Below are positions 12,579 to 20,641 of a stretch of 32,000 bases of DNA, piece by piece (the stretch's first letter is position 1; each line of letters starts with the position of its first letter). The stretch lies in contig JAGHEJ010000075.1 of NCBI GenBank assembly GCA_017889345.1, forward strand, positions 11,218-43,217, in the 5' to 3' direction. The stretch is from Clostridiales bacterium (GTDB lineage Bacteria > Bacillota > Clostridia > Clostridiales > Clostridiaceae). Under the pieces are notes generated by a model. The model worked only from the letters and a program-made list of their open reading frames with translations, searched no databases and was not told where the DNA came from. The position numbers and the translations under genes are program-made.

Positions 12579-15290
12579 TTATTGAACATTCATTTTATCT
12601 CTTAATTGTTTTAAAAGCTCCAATGCTTTTTGAGTTTTTTCAGAATCTCCAGAATTTTTTATCTCACTAACTTTACTTGTAAGTGTCTTAACTTTTTCTC
12701 CTGTATTATCTACTGGTTTAGGTTTAGATTGAGGTGTTTGTTTTGTATCTATAGTAAGTGGATTGTTTTTCTTAGCTTCCTCCATTTTTGCTCCATATCC
12801 CTCTGCTAATCCTCTAGATAAATTCTTAGCAAAGATTGGATCAATATCTAGTCCTTTTACTGGACCTTCTTTATCTGTAAATGTTACGTTTGTTCTTGCA
12901 ATTTTTACTCTATTACCATCAACATCTACATCTAAATGTATTTTCCCATCTAAATTAGACACGACCACCTTAGGTTGTTGATTAGCTTTTTCTTCAAAAT
13001 ATTTTGATAATACATTTACTTTTCCAGGTGCATTCATAGTATTTACTATTGTCCCTCTATCTATTGTTACTTCCTTTTTAATATCTACGAATCCTCTTCT
13101 TGCACCTGTAGTCCATCCTGTATCTTTTCCTCTTACAACATATTTTGATAAATCAATTTTTTCAGTTGTACCTCCTGAAGTTACCTTAGGTGGTACTGGT
13201 TTTAATTCTTTCTTTACTTTATCTAAATCTTTATCATTTATTACTAATTTTTCAACCTTCTCTTCTCTTTTCTTAGGTTCATACGAAGTATTATCTCCAC
13301 TCTGACTTAACTTATGTTTTAATTCTGAAAGAAAACTATTGCCTGATCCTTTATCTCCATCTTGACCTGATGCTTGTCCAGTTTGATCACCTGATGTTGC
13401 CTTTTTATTCGGATCATTATCTAAATCACCTGTATAAGGTTTTGTTGGATCGTCTCCTTTTCCTCCTGTCTGACTGCTTCCTTTATCTTTATCTCCTGTT
13501 TTACTTTGTGGATCACTTATGTCAATTTTACTTACTTCTCTTTTTCCTCCAGTTTGCTCATTTCCTTCATCTTTTCTACCTAAATTAACATTTAAGGTAC
13601 TTGTATGAACTTTAGGGTCATCTCCTTCTCCTTGAGATTGACCTCCTGCTTGTCCATCTTGATTACCTGCTGCTCCCTTTTTATTCGGATTATTATTTAA
13701 ATCTCCTGTATAAGGTTTTGTTGGATCGTCTCCTTTTCCTCCTGTCTGACTGCTTCCTTTATCTTTATCTCCTGTTTTACTTTGTGGATCACTTATGTCA
13801 ATTTTACTTACTTCTCTTTTTCCTCCAGTTCCATCTGCACCTTCATCTTTTTCTCCTAAATTAATCTTTAAGGTACTTGTATAAGTTTTAGGGGCATCTC
13901 CTCCTTGAGATTGATCTCCCACTTGTCCTGTTTGGTCTCCTGCTGTTTCCTTTTTATTTGGGTCATTATCTAAATCTCCTGTATAAGGTTTTGTTGTATC
14001 GTCTCCTTTTCCTCCTGTCTGACTGCTTCCCTTATCTTTATCTCCTGTTTTACTTTGTGTATTAATTATACTAATTTTATTAACTTTTCTCTTTCCAGAA
14101 GGTTGACTTGTCCCACTATCTTTTCCATTTAACTTAACAGTTAAAGTACTTGTGTAAGTCTTAGGGACTTCTGCTCCTTCTCCACCTTGATCACCTAGTG
14201 TTCCTTTTTTACTTTGATCAATATTGAAAAATCCTGCATAAAATTTTGTAGTTTCTTCTCCACTTTGACTACCTGGTGTTCCCTTTTTATTTGGATCAAT
14301 ATTTAAAGTTCCTGTATGAACTTTTGTCTCGTCTCCATTTACTCCTGTTTGAGACGTTCCTTTTCCACCTAAATTAATTTTCAAAGTACTAGTATGAGTT
14401 TTTAAGCCATCACCACTCGATTTACTTTGACCAATTATTCCTTCTTTGTTACGATCAATATTTAATGTGCTTATATAGGTTTTGTTTTGTTCAATGTCAT
14501 CACCAAATCTTACACTCTTACGCTCATCAATTCCATCAACATCATAAAGTATCTTAGTTGAATAAATTCTCTCCTCTGGAGTCCCTATAGTACCAACTGC
14601 CCCAATATTTTGTTGTCCTGTGTAAATTTCTCCATATACTGAATCTTGTTCTGATTGTTTCTGAGACTGTGCTTTCGCTATATCAGCCCCACTAACCCAA
14701 TTTGGTTTAGATCTATAAATATATTTATGTACTTTTCCATCTGGTCCAATGTATTTATCAACACCAACTTCTGAATAATTCCACAATAATTTAATTTTTG
14801 TAGAGAAACCTTCTTCATAAGTTTTAAGCTGACCTTTGGTATTTACAAATTGAACATATCTCTTTGTAGGATCTAATGGACCTTTCACATCCATTACTTG
14901 AAAATTATTTGCATCTGTTCCATATTTGTGTGAAATTTTTCCTATTGGTATTCCTGATGATTGATCTATTCCTACTCCTTGTCCTAATGCACTAGTAGAA
15001 GTTGTATTCACACCAGTTAACCTAGTTGAAGCTAAATTTTGATTAGGTAAAGAACTAGATCCATCTCCTAACACCGACTGTTGTAATTTTGTACCTGTTC
15101 CCATACCATCAACATCGATACCATACGTAGGATTCACTTTTACTATAGGCGATGTAGTGGTTTTCGCACCATTTTTTAAACTAGCATTAGCTGACTCACC
15201 TTGAGTCATTACGGCACACACAGATACAGCTAACAAAAGACAAGATGCCTTGCCATAAACATCTAAACTTTTTTTCGTTTTAAAACTCAT
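12579..15290 (-). CDS. Large secreted repeat protein D (903 aa): globular N-domain, Gly/Asp/Lys/Gln-rich repeat core, globular C-domain, helical tail
   Basis: Start moved to ATG 15290 (MSFKTKKSLDVYGKASCLLLAVSVCAVMTQGESANAS is a signal peptide) with GGGAGGA about 7 nt upstream. Three ~92-aa near-identical repeats. No LPXTG, choline-binding, SLH or DUF4214 module recognised. Confidence 0.88.
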   Translation of the reverse strand: MSFKTKKSLDVYGKASCLLLAVSVCAVMTQGESANASLKNGAKTTTSPIVKVNPTYGIDVDGMGTGTKLQQSVLGDGSSSLPNQNLASTRLTGVNTTSTSALGQGVGIDQSSGIPIGKISHKYGTDANNFQVMDVKGPLDPTKRYVQFVNTKGQLKTYEEGFSTKIKLLWNYSEVGVDKYIGPDGKVHKYIYRSKPNWVSGADIAKAQSQKQSEQDSVYGEIYTGQQNIGAVGTIGTPEERIYSTKILYDVDGIDERKSVRFGDDIEQNKTYISTLNIDRNKEGIIGQSKSSGDGLKTHTSTLKINLGGKGTSQTGVNGDETKVHTGTLNIDPNKKGTPGSQSGEETTKFYAGFFNIDQSKKGTLGDQGGEGAEVPKTYTSTLTVKLNGKDSGTSQPSGKRKVNKISIINTQSKTGDKDKGSSQTGGKGDDTTKPYTGDLDNDPNKKETAGDQTGQVGDQSQGGDAPKTYTSTLKINLGEKDEGADGTGGKREVSKIDISDPQSKTGDKDKGSSQTGGKGDDPTKPYTGDLNNNPNKKGAAGNQDGQAGGQSQGEGDDPKVHTSTLNVNLGRKDEGNEQTGGKREVSKIDISDPQSKTGDKDKGSSQTGGKGDDPTKPYTGDLDNDPNKKATSGDQTGQASGQDGDKGSGNSFLSELKHKLSQSGDNTSYEPKKREEKVEKLVINDKDLDKVKKELKPVPPKVTSGGTTEKIDLSKYVVRGKDTGWTTGARRGFVDIKKEVTIDRGTIVNTMNAPGKVNVLSKYFEEKANQQPKVVVSNLDGKIHLDVDVDGNRVKIARTNVTFTDKEGPVKGLDIDPIFAKNLSRGLAEGYGAKMEEAKKNNPLTIDTKQTPQSKPKPVDNTGEKVKTLTSKVSEIKNSGDSEKTQKALELLKQLRDKMNVQ
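13341..14165 (-). repeat. Three tandem 273-276-bp (91-92-aa) coding repeats in protein D, preceded by more degenerate ~30-aa sub-repeats up to ~14489
   Basis: The marker tgtataaggt recurs at 13431, 13707 and 13980 (periods 276 and 273 bp). Unit: PK(T/V)(Y/H)TSTLx(I/V)(N/K)LGxKDEG..GGKREVSKIDISDPQSKTGDKDKGSSQTGGKGDDPTKPYTGDL(D/N)N(D/N)PNKK... Confidence 0.95.
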
Positions 15291-15830
15291 ATTATATCCT
15301 CCCGGACTTAGATAATCTCTTGAAAAACTTTTTGTAAAAATAAAATGGATAGCTAAAACTATCCATATCTCGATCAAGAATCAATTCCCTAAAATTAATA
15401 TTGCTTATCAAAAAATTCCCAATGTAAAAAATACACTTTCTTTATTTGAAACTTATTTTCCTGATACTCGTTATGAATAATTCTGTCCGTTAAATAAATC
15501 CAAATTTGCAAAACATTTAGAATTTGAATCCCTTAACCATTCAAATTCATCAACGCATTTTATATGTATTTAATTTCAAAATAAAAACATAAATTCTCAA
15601 AACTTCTCCTAAAATATGTAGATACCTGCAGAAGAATATTTTTATTTCCATAAGATGTTAGGTATATTTTATATTATCATTAAAAAAAACGCAATATATT
15701 TTTAAAATTTAATTCATAATTTTTAATAGTTGTTAAATTTTTAAATCTAATTCTTTATCTTCGAAAATTTTATTTCAATTTTTGTATATTGTTTAGGAAC
15801 ATTTAATTATTTAAATGAATAAGATTTCAT

Positions 15831-15848
15831 TGTGAATTGGTTTTCACA
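15831..15848. promoter_or_regulatory. Inverted repeat TGTGAA-N6-TTCACA upstream of the 15883 gene (candidate operator)
   Basis: Perfect 6-bp arms (15831-15836 / 15843-15848), ending 34 nt before the ATG at 15883. Confidence 0.3.
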
Positions 15849-15882
15849 AAATAAATACTAAGCTTAATTAAGAGGTAAAAAT

Positions 15883-16218
15883 ATGGATAATTCTAGATTA
15901 ATCACAAAAAATGTTGTAAGCACAAATTTATGTATAGTTTTTTCAATAGAAGATGAATTTGGAAAAACTTCTAAATTTACAAAAACACTATCTAATATTA
16001 ATGAGACTGCTTCTTACGAAAATATTTATGCCGCTGCTTCTGCTGTTGCGAAACTATATGACTACGACAAATATGACGTTAAATTAGTTACTACAAACTT
16101 AATAGAAAATGACGTACCTCAAACTTTAGAGGAGGAAGCTATGATTGAAGAAGGTACTCCTGTAACATTACCTGAAATTGATAATGAAGTTGAAGAAGAA
16201 ACTCAAGAAACTATATAA
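15883..16218 (+). CDS. Small acidic hypothetical protein (possibly DUF2922/DUF1659-like; weak)
   Basis: AAGAGG RBS about 8 nt before the ATG. The core LCIVFSIEDEFGKTSKFTKTLSNINETASYENIYAAASAVAKLY resembles small Firmicute DUF2922-type proteins. Strongly acidic tail (EEEAMIEEG...EVEEETQE). Confidence 0.55.
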   Translation: MDNSRLITKNVVSTNLCIVFSIEDEFGKTSKFTKTLSNINETASYENIYAAASAVAKLYDYDKYDVKLVTTNLIENDVPQTLEEEAMIEEGTPVTLPEIDNEVEEETQETI

Positions 16219-16220
16219 CC

Positions 16221-16257
16221 AAAAAGAGAGGGAATAAATTATTCTCTCTCTTTTTTT
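16221..16257. terminator. Bidirectional rho-independent terminator between convergent genes
   Basis: agagagggaat / attctctctct (11-bp stem, one G.U, 5-nt loop) flanked by A5 and T7. Overlaps the last codons of the aminotransferase. Confidence 0.8.
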
Positions 16258-17387
16258 ACGTAATTTTCTATTCTTAACAATCCTTTTTTAAGCTCATCTA
16301 TAGAATTACAATAACTTATCCTTAAACTTCCCTCTCCTAATTCTCCAAAAGCACTACCTGGAACACAAGCAACTTTTCCATCTTTTAACAAATCTACACA
16401 AAAATCATAACTATTTTTAGTTGTGATATCTTCTAAGGATGGAAAAATATAAAACGCCCCCATTGGTTTTTTAACTTTAAATCCAATTTCAACAAGCCTT
16501 TTATAAACAAAATCTCTTCTTTTTTCAAATTCGCTTCTCATTACTTCAACATCTTTCAAAGCCTCATCAAATCCATATAAAGTACCATATTGAACAATTG
16601 ATGGTGCTGCCGATGTTGCATATAAATGAATCTTATTTAATTCCTCTTTGTAAGGACTTTTTGAACATATAAATCCTAAACGTAATCCTGTCATAGAAAA
16701 CATTTTTGAAAATCCTGAAACAAGAATTATTCTATCTAAAAGATCCTCATATTCAGAAATTGTTTCAAATTTTCCATAACTAATTGAGCTATATATTTCA
16801 TCACTTATTATTTTACAATTCGGATATTTTTTAAGTATGCCGTATAATTTCTCTTTGTCCTCTTTTGAAAGTGCCAATCCAGTAGGATTATTTGGAAAAC
16901 ATAAAATAATTCCATTTATGTTATTATTTCTAAATCCTTCTTCAATACTTTCAAAATCAATTTCTCCATCTTTGTTTATGTTATAGAAAACTCTATTTGC
17001 TCCCACAAATTTTAAAGTATTTTCATAAGCTGGGTAACCTGGACTTGGAGTTAAAACATAATCTCCTTCATTAAATAACGTATTAAATGTTACAAATAAA
17101 GCTTCACTTCCCCCTGCTGTTAGGATTATTTCATCTGGAGAAAATTTAATAGAATATTCTTCCTCTAAGTATCTTGAAATTCTTTCTCTTAACTCTGGAA
17201 TTCCTTGATTTATTGTATATTGAGTTTTTCCTTCTTTAATCGCTCTCATAACTCCTTCTTCAATTGGCTTTGGAAGTTTAAAGTCTGGCTGTCCAACTGT
17301 TAAAGATACGCAATCTTTATATTTTTTTACCTGATCGAAAAATTTTCTTATTCCGGAATATTCCACATTTTTTACTCTTTTATTCAT
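16239..17387 (-). CDS. Class I/II PLP-dependent aminotransferase (AspB/PatA-like)
   Basis: YSGIRKFF...LTVGQPDF..P...YT.NQGIPELRE, NPTG, and SGFSKMFSMTGLRLGF (SxSK PLP-lysine motif). ATG 17387 is preferred (GAGGAT RBS 8 nt upstream) over ATG 17426, which would overlap the upstream gene by 17 nt. Confidence 0.88.
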   Translation of the reverse strand: MNKRVKNVEYSGIRKFFDQVKKYKDCVSLTVGQPDFKLPKPIEEGVMRAIKEGKTQYTINQGIPELRERISRYLEEEYSIKFSPDEIILTAGGSEALFVTFNTLFNEGDYVLTPSPGYPAYENTLKFVGANRVFYNINKDGEIDFESIEEGFRNNNINGIILCFPNNPTGLALSKEDKEKLYGILKKYPNCKIISDEIYSSISYGKFETISEYEDLLDRIILVSGFSKMFSMTGLRLGFICSKSPYKEELNKIHLYATSAAPSIVQYGTLYGFDEALKDVEVMRSEFEKRRDFVYKRLVEIGFKVKKPMGAFYIFPSLEDITTKNSYDFCVDLLKDGKVACVPGSAFGELGEGSLRISYCNSIDELKKGLLRIENYVKKERE

Positions 17388-17409
17388 TTCTTTATCCTCT
17401 CTAAAATCC

Positions 17410-18270
17410 TTAATATTCAATGCCAATTCTAGCTAAAACACCATTTTCATAATAATGTTTTACGCTATCGACTTTACTAACTAAATCTGCATTTTCTATA
17501 ATCTTTTTAGAAGCATTTCTTCCTGTTAATATAAGTTCTAAATTTTCAGGTTTATTTTTCATAAGTTCAATTACTTCACTTTCTTCAATAAACCCTCCTT
17601 GTATTGCTCCTAAAATTTCATCCAAAATTATTAAATCGTATTCATTTGAATATATAAATTCTTTCGCTTTATCAAATTCTATTTTAATTTCTTCTCTTAA
17701 AATTTTTAATTGCTCTTCGTTTAAATTATAGGTAAAACTTTTTTTACTTTCAATCCTATAAATTTTAAATTTATCACCGATCATTTCAATAGAATTTAGC
17801 TCTGATGTGTGCCAATTTTTCAAAAATTGAACCATCATAACATTAAATCCAGCCCCTATACTTCTAAAGGCTAGTCCTAAAGCCGAAGTTGTTTTTCCCT
17901 TTCCTTCACCCATATAAACATGAATATATCCTTTTTTCTGCATCTTTTTCCCTTCTTCTTTTAAAATCATTATACCAATTCTTTGTAATTTATCTAAGGG
18001 ATCAATTAATTTAAATCCTCTTTCAGTTAAAAAATACTCAACCTTCTTAGGGTAACCATCATAAATAATTTTATCAACTATATTGCACTCTATAAGTTCA
18101 TTTAAATGTTGAATTAACATTTTTTGATTTATTCCTACAATGTCTTTTTTAAGCTTAGATAATTGACAATTTCCAAATCTAAGTCTCCAAATTATAATCG
18201 ATTTCCATTTTCCAGAGATCATATCCATTACAAGTTCTAATGGACATGTAAATTCCTCCCTAAATTTCAT
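17410..18270 (-). CDS. Fusion protein: N-terminal HxlR-type winged-helix regulator + C-terminal cob(I)alamin/cob(I)yrinate adenosyltransferase (CobO/CobA/BtuR family)
   Basis: Residues 1-~100: CPLELVMDMISGKWKSIIIWRL....LSKLKKDIVGINQKMLIQHLNELIECNIVDK..Y...PKKVEYFLTERG is the HxlR signature. Residues ~112-286: GYIHVYMGEGKGKTTSALGLAFRSIGAGFNVMMVQFLK...ILDEI...LILTGR...ADLVSKVDSVKHYYENGVLARIGIEY matches CobA (GNGKGKTTAA, VQFIKG, LLDEL, ITGR, VKHAFDAGVKAQIGIDY). Confidence 0.85.
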   Translation of the reverse strand: MKFREEFTCPLELVMDMISGKWKSIIIWRLRFGNCQLSKLKKDIVGINQKMLIQHLNELIECNIVDKIIYDGYPKKVEYFLTERGFKLIDPLDKLQRIGIMILKEEGKKMQKKGYIHVYMGEGKGKTTSALGLAFRSIGAGFNVMMVQFLKNWHTSELNSIEMIGDKFKIYRIESKKSFTYNLNEEQLKILREEIKIEFDKAKEFIYSNEYDLIILDEILGAIQGGFIEESEVIELMKNKPENLELILTGRNASKKIIENADLVSKVDSVKHYYENGVLARIGIEY

Positions 18271-18283
18271 TTATATCACCCAT

Positions 18284-18325
18284 AAAAAAACTGTATTTTA
18301 AAGTAAATTCTACCCTAAAATACAG
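18284..18325 (-). terminator. Rho-independent terminator of the PEBP lipoprotein gene
   Basis: ctgtatttta (18291-18300) / taaaatacag (18316-18325), 15-nt loop, T7 run on the minus strand (18284-18290). Confidence 0.65.
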
Positions 18326-18347
18326 CAATTAGTCTATCAATATTTAA

Positions 18348-18962
18348 TTAATTTTTATAAGTTCCTGTTATCGTTGCTTGTCCTAATATTTTTCCGTCCA
18401 TTGCATGAAATAATTCATTAGCATAGAATCCATTTTTTAAATCTAACTTATCACTTAATGCGTAAACAGTTAACTCATAAGTATGCTCGTTATTAGGTGG
18501 TGCCATTCCTCCATACATAGAAGATTCTTCAACACTTAACGCATCATTTCCAAGTAAAGATGCACTCCAGCTATTTCTTCCTTGTACAAACTCATCTTTT
18601 CTTAATAAACTTGCATTTTCCTCAAGTTCAGTTGTTTTTATATTAGCTGCAACCCAATGTATCCAAGAAAATCCAGCAACAGGTATCGCATCTTTATCCT
18701 CTAAAAATATCGCAAAAGTTTTTGTTCCTTCTGGAGCATTTTCAATTTTAATCGGTAAAGAATAATTTGGCATCCCATTTTGAGTAAATTGAGTTCCTCT
18801 TTTACCATACTTATCTTGTATTACTCCATTTACAATTCCACTACTTGAAATAGTCATCTTCTTATCTCCTCCACTCGTATTTGAATTTTGTTGTGTACAT
18901 GAAATTAGAAAAACAGAAAACAAAACTGAAGCTAAAATCTTTAAACTATTTCTCATTTTCAT
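18348..18962 (-). CDS. YbhB/YbcL-family (PEBP / Raf-kinase-inhibitor-like) lipoprotein
   Basis: Lipobox VFLISC after a basic N-terminus. FSWIHWVAANI and HTYELTVYAL are the bacterial PEBP-family signatures. Confidence 0.8.
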   Translation of the reverse strand: MKMRNSLKILASVLFSVFLISCTQQNSNTSGGDKKMTISSSGIVNGVIQDKYGKRGTQFTQNGMPNYSLPIKIENAPEGTKTFAIFLEDKDAIPVAGFSWIHWVAANIKTTELEENASLLRKDEFVQGRNSWSASLLGNDALSVEESSMYGGMAPPNNEHTYELTVYALSDKLDLKNGFYANELFHAMDGKILGQATITGTYKN

Positions 18963-19112
18963 TTTCTCACTTCCTTTCTCTCTTATATGATAAATCCACA
19001 GAAAAATTATGAGAAGTACCCACTTTTTTGTAACTATATTTAAATTACAAACCTAATGTATTTTCATGTATAATAAAGATAAATTTTTGAAAATGAAAGG
19101 AAAGTTTTAAAA

Positions 19113-19826
19113 ATGAGTTACGATATGAAAAATCCTTATGACATAGCAAGATACATAAAAGATTCTAAAAAATCCACTCCTCTAAAAGCTTACATAAAAG
19201 GAGATTTAAATGATAATAATTTTGGAGATTTAGAATTCTACGGATCAAATGGAAACTACACTTTATTTGGCGAGAAGGAAGATATTTTATCTTTTATCGA
19301 AAAAAATTCATCTAAAATTAAACAACATAGAATTGAAAATTGTAAGAGAAATTCTGCAATACCAATGCTTAATTTAATCGATATTGAAGCAAGAATTGAA
19401 CCAGGAGCAATTATTCGTGATATGGTTACAATCGAAAAAAATGCCGTAATTATGATGGGAGCTATAATAAACATTGGAGCTGAAATTGGTGAAGGTACAA
19501 TGGTTGATATGAATGCTGTTATAGGAGCTCGTGGAAAGCTTGGAAAAAATGTTCATTTAGGAGCTGGAGCTGTTGTTGCTGGAGTTCTTGAGCCTCCTTC
19601 AAAAGATCCATGTATAATTGAAGATAACGTATTAATTGGGGCTAACGCAGTTATTCTTGAAGGAGTTAGAGTTGGTGAAAATTCAGTTGTAGGTGCGGGA
19701 GCTATCGTAACTAAGGACGTTCCACCTAATACAGTTGTAACAGGATCTCCTGCAAGAATTGTTAAAGAAATTGACCAGTCTGTGAAAGATAAAACTCAAA
19801 TCTTAGAAGATTTAAGAAGCCTATAA
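19113..19826 (+). CDS. dapH: 2,3,4,5-tetrahydropyridine-2,6-dicarboxylate N-acetyltransferase (DAP acetylase branch)
   Basis: 237 aa. N-terminus ...[20 protein letters not shown] followed by hexapeptide-repeat left-handed beta-helix ([44 protein letters not shown]...), the typical DapH/YkuQ length and layout. Confidence 0.88.
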   Translation: MSYDMKNPYDIARYIKDSKKSTPLKAYIKGDLNDNNFGDLEFYGSNGNYTLFGEKEDILSFIEKNSSKIKQHRIENCKRNSAIPMLNLIDIEARIEPGAIIRDMVTIEKNAVIMMGAIINIGAEIGEGTMVDMNAVIGARGKLGKNVHLGAGAVVAGVLEPPSKDPCIIEDNVLIGANAVILEGVRVGENSVVGAGAIVTKDVPPNTVVTGSPARIVKEIDQSVKDKTQILEDLRSL

Positions 19827-19857
19827 AAAAAGACCATCAAACGATGGCCTTTTTTTA
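19825..19857. terminator. Bidirectional terminator-like hairpin between convergent dapH and the SSB-like gene
   Basis: aaaaaaagaccatc-aaac-gatggcctttttttt: short GC-containing stem (one mismatch) flanked by A7 and T7. Confidence 0.65.
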
Positions 19858-20511
19858 TCCTACATCTTCAGATGTTTCAATTACTATATTATCCTTATCT
19901 ACTTTCTCCATTTTAGAAATAGATACTTCATAAGCTACTTTAGTTATTTTCTCACTCTCAGAAACCTTCTTTTGATACTCTCTACTTTGGAGCCTTCCCC
20001 AAATTCTTATATTATCTCCTACTTGTAAATTTTTACAAAATCTAGAATTTCTACCCCACGCTATTGTTGGTATGTAGTCTGACTTATTATACGCCCTATT
20101 TACGGCTAAAAGTACATCAGCTATTTCTCTTCCAAAAGGAGTTGTTCTATACAATGGTTTTTTACAAATATATCCATCTAAATATATTTCATTCGGATTC
20201 TTACTTTTTTCATTACAAACTGTTATATTTCTAGCAAAAACAGTTAAAATAAGCTTATTTCTTCCATCTACAATTTTATTATAAGATCTAAGCTGTCCCT
20301 CAACTACAATTTCAGTTCCAATAGAAAAATCTATTCCAACCATTATTCTTTCTGATATAGTTACGCTAAGTACATCCTTTGAATCACTTAAACGCATAAC
20401 TTCCATATCAAAATTATAAAATCCTTCCCCAAACATTTCATGACTAAATCTAGGTTTAGCTACTACTTTACCCTCAAGCCATATCCTATTATTAACCAAG
20501 TTTGTGTCCAT
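19855..20511 (-). CDS. SSB-family OB-fold protein with two OB-like halves and no canonical acidic DDDIPF tip
   Basis: Start moved to ATG 20511 (GGAGAGGTG RBS). NRIWLEGKVVAKPRFSH...EIVVEGQLRSY and IPTIAWGRNSRFCKNLQVGDNIRIWGRLQSREYQKK follow SSB OB-fold patterns. Confidence 0.55.
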   Translation of the reverse strand: MDTNLVNNRIWLEGKVVAKPRFSHEMFGEGFYNFDMEVMRLSDSKDVLSVTISERIMVGIDFSIGTEIVVEGQLRSYNKIVDGRNKLILTVFARNITVCNEKSKNPNEIYLDGYICKKPLYRTTPFGREIADVLLAVNRAYNKSDYIPTIAWGRNSRFCKNLQVGDNIRIWGRLQSREYQKKVSESEKITKVAYEVSISKMEKVDKDNIVIETSEDVG

Positions 20512-20641
20512 ACTACACCTCTCCACATTAGTTTTTAGTTCTCTAATATGTATATTAGTCAATGTATTTTTTATTACTTTTTGACAAGTCACAAATATAT
20601 TGTAAAATTTATTAACAATTTTTGCAATATTTTAAATTTAT

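Noticed and set aside
13341-14489. Tyrosine motifs in protein D (KPYTGDL, KTYTSTL, KFYAGFF) as further phosphorylation/SH2 motifs
   Set aside because: The equivalent position alternates Tyr with His between repeat copies (KVHTSTL, KTHTSTL, KVHTGTL). The spacing is YxxxL rather than YxxL. The context looks like a beta-strand structural repeat. I therefore do not count them as ITIM/SH2-type motifs.
7023-15290. LPXTG sortase signals, SLH, CWB2, choline-binding or GW anchoring modules in proteins A-D
   Set aside because: I searched the translations by eye. No LPxTG followed by a hydrophobic segment and basic tail, and no recognisable wall-binding repeats were found. Hence they are called secreted or anchor-less rather than wall-anchored.
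6514-15882. A classical genomic or pathogenicity island, or a mobile element, carrying the A-D genes
   Set aside because: No integrase, transposase, recombinase, tRNA attachment site, flanking direct repeats or phage/conjugation genes are visible. Codon style looks similar to the neighbours. The region may still be accessory, but mobility cannot be supported from this window.
18963-19112. Lysine (L-box) riboswitch upstream of dapH
   Set aside because: The intergenic region is only 150 nt, with a plausible promoter (TTACAA-N18-TATAAT) close to the RBS and no extended conserved helices. It is too short for an L-box.
20581-20608. Plus-strand TTGACA-N16-TAAAAT promoter-like sequence pointing antisense into the deacetylase gene
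   Set aside because: There is no plus-strand gene downstream until 21611. The same interval contains a better minus-strand promoter candidate for the SSB-like gene (TTGCAA 20627..20622, 17 nt, TACAAT 20604..20599). In AT-rich DNA such hexamer pairs arise by chance.
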